Part shown: piece by piece, positions 56,040-64,000 of the stretch
Layout: every line of letters begins with the position of its first letter
Numbering within the stretch: the stretch's first letter is position 1
Origin: Candidatus Falkowbacteria bacterium
GTDB lineage: Bacteria > Patescibacteriota > Patescibacteriia > XYB2-FULL-38-15
Direction of reading: 5' to 3'
NCBI GenBank assembly: GCA_016214745.1
Contig: JACRNW010000006.1
Coordinates: forward strand, 13,367-77,366
Length of the DNA stretch: 64,000 nt
The notes under the pieces: model-generated
Databases searched by the model: none
The model's input: the letters and a program-made list of their open reading frames with translations, nothing else
Told to the model about the DNA's origin: nothing
Position numbers and translations under genes: made by a program

Positions 56040-57959
56040 ATGTTTAAAAAGATTTTTTTCATTTTCGCAGCTTTGGCGATTTTTTTATTTTCCGGCAGTC
56101 AAGTTTTGGCGCAAGAAGAAAAATGGTGGGATTTTGGAAAATGGGCCGTGGATATAAACATCAATAAAGACAGCACTTTTGTCGTCCGCGAAACGCAGAC
56201 TTTTAATTTTCACGGCAATTTCCATTGGACACAGAGGGATATTTCAAAAAATAAATTGCGGGCGATTAGCGACGTGAAAGTTTTTGATGAAAATGGAAAA
56301 GAACTTTTGCCGCCAGAGATAGAAATATCGGAAGACGCAGCCCAGGTCAGTGTAAAAATTAATTTTGATTTAGTTGATACCCAGGCGACTTGGACTTTTG
56401 AATACAAAGTTATCGGCGGCCTTGGATATTTTGATGATCACGACGAACTTTATTGGAACGCGATTTCTGAAGATCGGGATGTGCCGATTAAAGAAGTGGA
56501 AGTTAGAGTTCATTTGCCTGAAGAAGCGTCGGTCGGAGACTTAGAACAGACTCTTTACACCGGGCCGGCCGGCAGTACGGATTCTTCGGGAAATTACAAA
56601 ATCATCGACGGAAAGACATTTAGATTTTGGGGCAGCGATATTGGGGCATACGAAAATTTTACGATTGTCGCCGGCTGGCCAAAGGAAATTGTTTTTGAAC
56701 CGGGCATTTTAAAAATTAATTCCGAGCCTATCGGTGCGGCTGTAATTTTGGATGGGCAAAAAATAAATCTTCGCACGCCAGCCGTTCTTGAAGAAAAGTA
56801 CGAGATTTCTTCCGGTGAGCATAAAATTTCCGTGGCCAAATTCGGCTGGGACGTGAAAGGAGAAGAAGAAAAAACCGTAAAAGTTGAAATGGGTAAAATT
56901 GATACTTTGGATTTTGAACTTAAAGAGACAACGTGGTTTTTTGCGCTGGAGAAACTAAGTTATCTTATTCCAATTTTAATCGGGATTTTTCTTTTTAGAA
57001 GATATAAAAATATTCCCAAAATAAAAAAGACGATTATCGCCCAATATGATCCGCCAAAAGATTTATTGCCCGCAGAAATGGGCGGGCTGGTTTATAACAA
57101 GGTTCGTCCCAAAGATTTTACAGCCACGCTAATCGATCTGGCCTATCGCGGTTATTTGAAAATAATAGAGAGAGAAGAAAAAGTTTTGTGGATGCAGACG
57201 AAAAAATACACTCTCGTGAAAAGGAAAGAATTCGCGAGCGATCCCGGTCTTTCAGATTATGAAAAAGAATTTTTAGAAGCAATTTTCGGAGCAGGTGAGA
57301 CAGTTGAGTTAAGCGATCTGCGAGATATGGCGAGCAAAACTTCTTTTCAAAAAATGATTACCAAGTTACCGAAAGAAGTTTTGGAAAAATTAGTCAAGGA
57401 AAAAGAATATTTTAGATCTATGCCCCTGGCTCGTGAAATGAGTTTTTTGTTGGCATTATTTGCGGCCGGTATTTTTATTTCAATGGTCGTAGTAATGTTT
57501 CCTAATTTTTCTTTTTCAATGTTAGTAGCGATTTTAATATCACTAGGTTTATGGTTTATTTATTTAGTTATTAAGCCCCCGCCGCTTACAGAAAAAGGAG
57601 TTGAGGTAAAATGGCACGCTTTGGGTTTTAAAGAATATTTGCAAGTGGCGGAAAGATTTCGCCTCGGCGCCTTGACGCCGGAAACTTTTGAAAAATATCT
57701 TTCTTACGCCATGGTTTTTGGAGTGGAGAGAAAGTGGGCCGAGAGATTTGCCGATATTTACAAAACGCAGCCGGATTGGTACGAAAGCGGAACGCCGATT
57801 AGCGGATTTAACAGCGTGATTTTTGCAAATTCTCTTTTAGGAATGAAGACAAGCGTGGATTCGGCCATAAGTTACAGTAATCCTTCCGGTTCGTCCGGAT
57901 TTGGCGGAGGAGGCGGAGCCGGCGGCGGAGGAGGCGGAGGAGGTTCAAGCGCCGGGTAA
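56040..57959 (+). CDS. DUF2207-like membrane protein with a C-terminal Gly-rich tail
   Basis: Signal peptide, internal TM pair, and the tail GFGGGGGAGGGGGGGGSSAG. Confidence 0.55.
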   Translation: MFKKIFFIFAALAIFLFSGSQVLAQEEKWWDFGKWAVDININKDSTFVVRETQTFNFHGNFHWTQRDISKNKLRAISDVKVFDENGKELLPPEIEISEDAAQVSVKINFDLVDTQATWTFEYKVIGGLGYFDDHDELYWNAISEDRDVPIKEVEVRVHLPEEASVGDLEQTLYTGPAGSTDSSGNYKIIDGKTFRFWGSDIGAYENFTIVAGWPKEIVFEPGILKINSEPIGAAVILDGQKINLRTPAVLEEKYEISSGEHKISVAKFGWDVKGEEEKTVKVEMGKIDTLDFELKETTWFFALEKLSYLIPILIGIFLFRRYKNIPKIKKTIIAQYDPPKDLLPAEMGGLVYNKVRPKDFTATLIDLAYRGYLKIIEREEKVLWMQTKKYTLVKRKEFASDPGLSDYEKEFLEAIFGAGETVELSDLRDMASKTSFQKMITKLPKEVLEKLVKEKEYFRSMPLAREMSFLLALFAAGIFISMVVVMFPNFSFSMLVAILISLGLWFIYLVIKPPPLTEKGVEVKWHALGFKEYLQVAERFRLGALTPETFEKYLSYAMVFGVERKWAERFADIYKTQPDWYESGTPISGFNSVIFANSLLGMKTSVDSAISYSNPSGSSGFGGGGGAGGGGGGGGSSAG

Positions 57960-58052
57960 AAAGTTTGCGGCAGAAAGGCCGCGCGGTTATTGCTCAAAGT
58001 TTGATTTGAGATTAGAATAAAAGAGAAAGCCGAACCAATCGCATTAAATTTT

Positions 58053-58646
58053 ATGAAAAAGAAGCTCGCAATATTTTTCGTTATAATTTTTTTGGCCAGC
58101 GCCGCCGCGATGTTTTATTGGTATATTGGCGGGATGAAAGAGGCATCGGCCGATTTAGAAGAGGCGAAGCAAGAAGCAAAAAAAGTTGAAGCGAAAGAAA
58201 CGACTGTAAAAGTATTTTTTGGCAATAAAAAAATGAATCAAAAGCAGGCTGATTGTAAGGTTGTTTTTCCGGTTGAGAGAATAGTTGATAATGATTTAAT
58301 TGTAAAAAGGCGGGCGTTTGAAGAAGTGCTTATCGGCCCAACCGCCTCGGAAGCGGCAGAAGGTTATTATTCGGCTTTTCCCAATAAAGACGAAGTGATA
58401 AAATATCGCGAAAGAATAAAACAAGAAACAGGCCAGGCTCCGTACGACGGCGATGAAATAAAAATAAGGAGCGTTAAAATTATGATTGGGATGGCTTACG
58501 TGGATCTTTCTCCGGAAATATTTTCTTACGATAAAGATAACTGCCGGGCCGAGATGATCCGAGAGCAACTTTCCCAAACCGCGAAACAATTTTCAAAAGT
58601 CGGCGGCGCGATTATCACCGTCGGTGGCGTGGAGAACGCGCTTTAA
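58053..58646 (+). CDS. hypothetical secreted/membrane-anchored protein
   Basis: 197-aa ORF with an N-terminal TM. Confidence 0.45.
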   Translation: MKKKLAIFFVIIFLASAAAMFYWYIGGMKEASADLEEAKQEAKKVEAKETTVKVFFGNKKMNQKQADCKVVFPVERIVDNDLIVKRRAFEEVLIGPTASEAAEGYYSAFPNKDEVIKYRERIKQETGQAPYDGDEIKIRSVKIMIGMAYVDLSPEIFSYDKDNCRAEMIREQLSQTAKQFSKVGGAIITVGGVENAL

Positions 58647-58648
58647 AT

Positions 58649-58772
58649 CTACAAATTACAACTCTACAAATTACAAATCATTTACAAATATACAAATAAC
58701 AGTGAAGTGTATTTTACAAAATTAACGTGTTAGTAAAAATTTGTATATTTGTACCGAATTTGTAATTTGTAG
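58649..58772. repeat. Palindromic intergenic element family P1, copy 4
   Basis: ctacaaattacaactctacaaattacaaatcatttacaaatatacaaataacag...aattaacgtgttagtaaaaatttgtatatttgtaccgaatttgtaatttgtag. Confidence 0.8.
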
Positions 58773-58785
58773 AATAGTAGAATGT

Positions 58786-58983
58786 ATGAAGAAATATTCA
58801 TGTGCACGTTGCGGAAAGGGGAGAACGCGCTACCGCACTCCGTCGCCTTTTAAAGTAATGGCGGCCGAACGGGCTAAAAGAGATAAAATATATGCCCCGT
58901 TAGAAGTTCAGCAACGTGCTTCTCAAGGCAACGCACAAAAGGCGAAGCCGACTTACGTCTCTCGTTACGTGGATAAAAGATAA
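58786..58983 (+). CDS. small basic protein with a single CxxC
   Basis: MKKYSCARCGKGRTRY... of 65 aa. Start placed after the P1 repeat. Confidence 0.3.
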   Translation: MKKYSCARCGKGRTRYRTPSPFKVMAAERAKRDKIYAPLEVQQRASQGNAQKAKPTYVSRYVDKR

Positions 58984-59010
58984 AACAATCTATAAACTTC
59001 TAACGGGGTA

Positions 59011-59148
59011 TGGGAAAAAGAAAATTTAGCCGCGGTGTGAAAAAATTTATTCGCGGGGAGAAAGCGCGTTTTCGCCGGGAAACCGCGGATTTGGGCGAGC
59101 AAAAAAGATTAATTGATGAACTCTACAAAAAATTTTCAAAAATATGAA
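59011..59148 (+). CDS. 45-aa basic peptide, translationally coupled (ATGA overlap) to the downstream radical SAM gene
   Basis: MGKRKFSRGVKKFIRGEKARFRRETADLGEQKRLIDELYKKFSKI. Its TGA stop overlaps the ATG at 59144. Below the ORF-track length cut-off. Confidence 0.25.
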
Positions 59149-60277
59149 AAAGATATTTGGTAAAATAAAAAAATTTTCTTTGGGGATTTTTAAATATCTG
59201 GGATTTATAATTAGCTATCGTTTTGGAAAATTAAAATACAACCATTTATTTCTAAATATCACCAGTCTTTGCAACTCTAACTGTGTTTTTTGCGAAGTGA
59301 AGGGTCTAAGTCACAAAGATGATTTAGAATTTGAAAGAATCAAAAAATTAATAAAAGAGGCCAAAGATTTGGGCGTAAGGGGAGTAACTTTTTCTGGCGG
59401 TGAACCATTTGTTTATTATAAAATTTGGGATTTAATAGATTATACTTTGGGTTTGGGCCTTGATTTAAATATAACTTCTAACGGTCTCTTGATTTATAAT
59501 TTTTCCGAAGAGCAGTTTAATGTTCTTAAAAAAATAAAAAATATTTTTATTTCTCTGGAATCGGCGGACGCCGAAACGCATAATCAATTGCGCGGCGGCT
59601 CTGATTTTTTTCAAAAAACAGTTTCCGGCATCAAAAAGTTAGTGGAAAAAAATATTAACGTCATCATCGCTTCGGTTATAAGCAATAAAAATTATTTAAA
59701 GATTGATGATTTGATAAAATTTACGGGTGAACTTGGGGTCCGGGAAATAGTTTTCCAGCCGCTGCACATTTGGACTAACTATGACAGCGTGGAATATTTA
59801 AAAAGCAAAGATCAGATGGTGCTGTCCCCGAAAGAGTCGGCTGATTTAAAAAAGAAAATGAAGGCGTCAATTAAATTGGCCGAAAAAATCGGAGTTAAAA
59901 ATAATTTGGCCAACATTGTCCCATGGATAGATAAATATTTTGAATTTCAAAAGCCGAATCCGGAAAAGGGGCGATGGATAAAAAATATTTTGCCCGGCTA
60001 TAAATGTTTGGAAATATTTACTAAAATTTTTGTCGGAAGCGATGGTGGACTCTTGCCTTGCGCGATGCTTTCGCCGCGCGATAACGTTAAAGACAAGAGC
60101 CTTGAACAATCGTTAAAAAGTCTTAATGAAATGAAGAGGGAAATAAGAAAAGGGCGGTTTCCCGCGGAGTGCGATAAATGTTCCTGCCAAGTCGCTTCAA
60201 ATTTTACATTCAGTCTGATTTTATCGCCGATTAAAAATTTTCGTTATCTGTTAGAATTTATTAAATATAAATTTTAA
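59144..60277 (+). CDS. radical SAM protein with a C-terminal Cys-rich (SPASM/twitch-like) region
   Basis: CNSNCVFC (Cx3Cx2C), GVRGVTFSGGEPF, and C-terminal C...C...CDKCSC. Confidence 0.65.
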   Translation: MKKIFGKIKKFSLGIFKYLGFIISYRFGKLKYNHLFLNITSLCNSNCVFCEVKGLSHKDDLEFERIKKLIKEAKDLGVRGVTFSGGEPFVYYKIWDLIDYTLGLGLDLNITSNGLLIYNFSEEQFNVLKKIKNIFISLESADAETHNQLRGGSDFFQKTVSGIKKLVEKNINVIIASVISNKNYLKIDDLIKFTGELGVREIVFQPLHIWTNYDSVEYLKSKDQMVLSPKESADLKKKMKASIKLAEKIGVKNNLANIVPWIDKYFEFQKPNPEKGRWIKNILPGYKCLEIFTKIFVGSDGGLLPCAMLSPRDNVKDKSLEQSLKSLNEMKREIRKGRFPAECDKCSCQVASNFTFSLILSPIKNFRYLLEFIKYKF

Positions 60278-60287
60278 AACATAAAAA

Positions 60288-60983
60288 ATGAATAATAATT
60301 CTAAAGGTGAAGTTTTGGTAATTTCTCTCGGCGGATCGGCAATCGTGCCAGATGAAGTGGACACGATTTTTTTGAAAAAATTTCGTGAATTTATTTTTAA
60401 TTTTATAAAAAACGGCGGGCGGGCGGTAATCGTGGCCGGCGGCGGCGGGACGAATAAAAAATATAATCAGGCGGCGCAAAAAGTGGCGAAAATTAAAAAT
60501 ATTGATTTAGACTGGCTGGGCATTGCCGCGACAAAGTTAAACGCGGAATTGCTCAGAGTTATTTTAGGAGAAAAGGCGTACGAAAAAGTGGTCGTAAACC
60601 CAACCGTTAAAATTAAAACCAATAAAAAAATAATTGTTGCCGCGGGTTGGCAGCCGGGATGTTCATCCGACAAAGACGCCGTTCTTTGGGCAAAAAGTTT
60701 TGGCGCGAAAAGAGTAGTTAATCTGACAAACATTGATTACGTGTACGACAAAGATCCGCACAAGTTCAGCGACGCCCGGCCGTTGAAAAATTTAAAATGG
60801 GCGGAGTACAGAAAAATGGTTGGGAATAAATGGATTCCGCGAATGCACGCGCCTTTTGATCCGATTGCTTCGCAGTTGGCGGAAAAGTGGGGGATGGAGG
60901 TTGTAATAATGAGAGGTAGCAATTTGGTTAATTTTAGGAGTTTTCTACAAGGAAAAGAGTTTAGGGGGAGTATTTTGGGTTAA
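60288..60983 (+). CDS. pyrH: amino-acid-kinase-family protein, archaeal-type UMP kinase-like
   Basis: VLVISLGGSAIVP and VIVAGGGG motifs; about 230 aa. Confidence 0.55.
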   Translation: MNNNSKGEVLVISLGGSAIVPDEVDTIFLKKFREFIFNFIKNGGRAVIVAGGGGTNKKYNQAAQKVAKIKNIDLDWLGIAATKLNAELLRVILGEKAYEKVVVNPTVKIKTNKKIIVAAGWQPGCSSDKDAVLWAKSFGAKRVVNLTNIDYVYDKDPHKFSDARPLKNLKWAEYRKMVGNKWIPRMHAPFDPIASQLAEKWGMEVVIMRGSNLVNFRSFLQGKEFRGSILG

Positions 60984-61177
60984 GGAATTTGTTTTGTGGA
61001 TAAAATTAGCTTGACAGGTTTTTCTGGGTATTGTAGTATAAATTAATTGACAAGCGAATGAGAGAAATGAATTTATTCATTTCCGAGTGAGCGCAGTCAA
61101 TATAGGGTAAAACCCTCTATTACCAAAGACAGCAGGCGTTTGCCCTAAAAGGCGACTCAATTTCCTGCCGAGGTAAA

Positions 61178-61286
61178 CTAGTTGATCAGTTAAATAGTTA
61201 ATTGGTTAAATAGTTATTGTCTCGTGGTAATTGCCACGATTTTTTGTATCCCGATTAACTAATCAACTGATTAACCAATTAACTGA
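61178..61286. repeat. Palindromic intergenic element family P2, copy 3
   Basis: agttgatcagttaaatagttaattggttaaatagtta...ttaactaatcaactgattaaccaattaactga. Confidence 0.7.
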
Positions 61287-61291
61287 CATAT

Positions 61292-61811
61292 ATGCCTAAA
61301 ACTAAAGAACAAAAGAAACAAACTCTCGCGGAACTTGAAGATAATTTCAAGAAAAGCAAAACGGCGGTTTTTGTTAATTTCCAGGGTTTGAATGTTAAAG
61401 ACACGACTGCCCTTCGTAATCTCTTGCGTAAAGAAAAAATTGAATATGAGGTGGCGAAAAAAACACTTTTGAAACTTGCCGTGGAGAAAATCGGCCAAGC
61501 TGGCGTTGATCCAAAAAGTTTTAATGGTAATATTGCCGTGGCCTTTGGCTTTGAGGATGAAGTGACGCCGGCTAAAGTGTTGAATCACGACCCACGATGC
61601 TTTAAAAATTATCGGCGGAACGCTTGAAAAGAAATTTATTGACGCCGCTAAAGTTATTGAGCTGGCGCAGATTCCTGGCAGACAGGAACTCTTGGCGAAA
61701 TTAGTTGGCAGTATCAATTCGCCGGTTTCCGGTTTTGTAAACGTCTTGGCCGGAAACTTGCGTGGTTTGGTTCAGGTGTTAAAAGCGATTTCAGAAAAAA
61801 AACCAGTTTAA
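61292..61811 (+). pseudogene. rplJ: 50S ribosomal protein L10 with an apparent +1 frameshift near 61586
   Basis: Frame 1 gives residues 1-98 (...EDEVTPAKVLN) and then reads HDPRCFKNYRRNA*. Skipping c61586 continues as TTHDALKIIGGTLEKKFIDAAKVIELAQIPGRQELLAKLVGSINSPVSGFVNVLAGNLRGLVQVLKAISEKKPV to the stop at 61809-61811, which is the expected L10 C-terminal half. Confidence 0.6.
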
Positions 61812-61844
61812 ATATAATTTAATAATTAATAATTTTAAAATTAT

Positions 61845-62252
61845 ATGGCAGACGAAAAAAAAGAAGTGCAAGTGCCGGAAAAATTTAAGGAGCTTGTCGA
61901 GCAAATTGAGAAATTATCAGTTTTGGATTTAGCCGAACTGGTAAAAGTCTTGGAAGAAAAGTTTGGTGTTTCCGCCGCTGCGCCAGTAATGGCCGTGGCC
62001 GCAGGAGCCCCAGCCGCGGGAGCAGCTCCGGCTGAAGAGCAAACCACCTTCAACGTTGAGTTGACTGACTCTGGCGCCAACAAGATCGGCGTCATTAAAG
62101 TGGTTCGCGAATTGACTCAGATTGGTTTGAAAGACGCGAAAGATTTGGTTGATGGCGCGCCGAAGATGGTAAAAGAAGGCGTTGGTAAAGCGGAAGCTGA
62201 AGAGATGAAGAAAAAATTAGAAACTGCTGGCGCCAAAGTTACCTTAAAGTAA
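61845..62252 (+). CDS. rplL: 50S ribosomal protein L7/L12
   Basis: 135 aa with an Ala-rich hinge and C-terminal domain. Terminator at 62262-62292 (acaccccgcaatgatgcggggtgt + ttttaat). Confidence 0.9.
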   Translation: MADEKKEVQVPEKFKELVEQIEKLSVLDLAELVKVLEEKFGVSAAAPVMAVAAGAPAAGAAPAEEQTTFNVELTDSGANKIGVIKVVRELTQIGLKDAKDLVDGAPKMVKEGVGKAEAEEMKKKLETAGAKVTLK

Positions 62253-62299
62253 CAAAAATTAAAAACACCCCGCAATGATGCGGGGTGTTTTTAATACTT

Positions 62300-63943
62300 T
62301 TACTGCAGATGAGTCGCGGCAACTTCGTAAACGAAATCGCCGGAAAGCAAATAAATTTTCTTTTCTTTTTCCACCACAACGAAATCTTTCAGCTTATCAA
62401 ATTTTTCGGAAAAATATTGAGTATTGAGTTTGCCTTCTTTATCCAAAACAATCAGCCTTTTGGAAGACGGTTCAAAAACATAGATGAAAGAAGAATCGGC
62501 TGAAGTCCAAATTTTTATTTCCGACGAAAGCGCGGGATCAATTTCGGGCGTAAAATCAACCTGTCGGCCATTTGAAAATTTTAAAATTTTTCCATCCGTT
62601 TTGCCGACATAAATTGAACCGTCAATCGCGATGCTTTTAGCGTTCTGAAGATCAACATTGTCGCGGAGCCAGGCGGCGCCTCCCGCGAAGCCCGTGGCGG
62701 TTGCCAAGTGTTTAAAAATTTGATTATTTTTGGCGTCTAATACGTACAACTTTCCGTTGTAGACGGCAAAATCCGTAATGTCAGTTTCTTTTTCATTTAA
62801 GATTACCTCTAGTTCTCCCAAGACATCGGTCGTGAGATCAAGTTTAAAGAATTTTTTATCCGGCTGGTAAAGAAAGGCCGAGCTCTCGCTCTCCATAAAT
62901 ACTAATCCAAAATTAAGTCCGGAGATGCTTTGGCTCGCGGTTTCATTATTTGCTAAATTGATTTTATAAATAACCGAGGCGGCGCGGTCAAAGGCGTAAA
63001 TATTGTTGTTAGCGACAATAAATTTTAAAACTGAAGCATCGGGGCTGTAGCCGGGAAAATTAGCTACGGCAACCGGATTTTGAACATTTACGACGTGTCT
63101 TAATTTTTCGCGGATTGTCTCAATTTCCGCGGAAATATTTTGGTAAGCCTCTTTTTCTTTTTTAGTTTTTTGCGGGAATTCCGCCAAGAGCACGTCGGCT
63201 TCGGCGAGGGCCGTTTTTGCGCTCGCTTCGTCGTTATAAATCAGACTCGCTTCAATGGCGCTTTTTTTATTTTGAATAACTTCCACTTTTTGCTGCAGGG
63301 CTTTTGCCGCGAGACCATTTTGGTATCTGTAATAAAGCAAGCCAGTACTTCCCGCGAAAAGAGCGACAAAAATTACGGCGAAAATCAGGAGCGTTCTTGA
63401 AAGATTAGGCATTTTTTCCGTTTTCGGCAAGAGGCCGCTCCAGCTTTTTCCAAAATTTTCTGCGGCGCTCTTTAGAGCTCCGCTTCTTTGTCCTTTCCAG
63501 TTTGTTATCAAATAAAAAATAGTTTTTAAAAGATTAAAGAGAAACGAGAGGATGATTTTTATCAAAAAATATGGAATTCTAAGGATGGCCAAAAAGAAGA
63601 GGGAAAGAAATCTAAAGAATTTTTTTGTTCCTCTCGGCGGATGGAATTGCGAAGAGTAATACTCAAGGCGAGCATTATCTTTTATTTCATTTTTTCGAAA
63701 GAGACTTTTGAATCCGCCAAGGAAAGAAAAAATCCCTCCGCCGATATTAAGACCAAGCGACGGAGTGAGCATCTTTTCCGTGTCAGAGGCGGTTTTCAGC
63801 AATCCTTCCATGGAGTGTTGGGGTACGGAAATATGGTCGGTTTTGAGAGGCGCCGGAGCAGGGGATGAAACAGCTTTGATTACCGGAATTTCTTGACGCG
63901 ATTTTATAATCATGAAAGCGAAAGACGTTTCCGGATTAGCCAC
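62300..63943 (-). CDS. hypothetical membrane-anchored protein, possibly a beta-propeller domain
   Basis: 547-aa ORF. The N-terminal 180 aa are low complexity and the true start may lie at an internal Met (MPNLSRTLLIFAVIFVALFAG). Confidence 0.35.
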   Translation of the reverse strand: MANPETSFAFMIIKSRQEIPVIKAVSSPAPAPLKTDHISVPQHSMEGLLKTASDTEKMLTPSLGLNIGGGIFSFLGGFKSLFRKNEIKDNARLEYYSSQFHPPRGTKKFFRFLSLFFLAILRIPYFLIKIILSFLFNLLKTIFYLITNWKGQRSGALKSAAENFGKSWSGLLPKTEKMPNLSRTLLIFAVIFVALFAGSTGLLYYRYQNGLAAKALQQKVEVIQNKKSAIEASLIYNDEASAKTALAEADVLLAEFPQKTKKEKEAYQNISAEIETIREKLRHVVNVQNPVAVANFPGYSPDASVLKFIVANNNIYAFDRAASVIYKINLANNETASQSISGLNFGLVFMESESSAFLYQPDKKFFKLDLTTDVLGELEVILNEKETDITDFAVYNGKLYVLDAKNNQIFKHLATATGFAGGAAWLRDNVDLQNAKSIAIDGSIYVGKTDGKILKFSNGRQVDFTPEIDPALSSEIKIWTSADSSFIYVFEPSSKRLIVLDKEGKLNTQYFSEKFDKLKDFVVVEKEKKIYLLSGDFVYEVAATHLQ

Positions 63944-64000
63944 TTCGCCGAGAAGATTTTTAAGCGTTTCGGCCGCCTCTTCCGGATTTGTCGCGGAAAC

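Overview
The window is AT-rich (about 35-40% GC) and gene-dense, with short intergenic spacers, on a compact genome whose gene content and architecture look like a Candidate Phyla Radiation/Patescibacteria-type bacterium; that placement is inference from the gene set, not a database hit. Three things stand out against the housekeeping backbone listed in the features.

1. A group-3b-like [NiFe]-hydrogenase locus. The structural genes are hydB-like 21213-22259, hydG-like gamma 22708-23520, hydD-like delta 31109-31867 and the large subunit 33266-34558. The two halves are split by about 7.6 kb. The only maturation genes in the window are a HypC::HydE-like radical-SAM fusion, a HydG-like radical SAM carrying the C-terminal CX2CX22C motif, and a HypA N-domain without its zinc finger. 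This is a candidate hybrid maturation route, with FeFe-type radical-SAM maturases delivering to a NiFe HypC scaffold.

2. Five small GC-rich islets in the AT-rich background (about 13269-14870, 32300-32990, 46560-46985, 49150-50380 and 55430-55975). Each is a self-contained unit with a host-type TTGACA-N16/17 promoter, a strong Shine-Dalgarno, one small divergent protein and a terminator. Islet 1 also carries a 70-aa basic protein and a promoter-to-terminator GC-rich transcript with no ORF. Islet 1 splits the conserved prfA-prmC pair.

3. Several repeat families. These are a roughly 110-bp imperfect palindrome (4 copies), a near-identical inverted pair of a GC-rich roughly 150-bp element, tetraloop double-hairpin units, three further low-GC intergenic hairpin families (two composite palindromes and simple AT-rich hairpins), and GC-rich mini-hairpins that sit in-frame inside prmC, hydB, the hydrogenase large subunit and the prfA stop region, in the manner of Rickettsia palindromic elements. 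There is also a GxxExxY-gene cassette bounded by inverted repeats, with a cargo-less copy between rplK and nusG.

Other points: rplJ carries an apparent +1 frameshift, two gpmI paralogs lie in tandem, a presenilin/SPP-like intramembrane protease homolog is present, and a 45-aa basic ORF is ATGA-coupled to a radical-SAM gene. I saw no CRISPR array, tRNA or rRNA.
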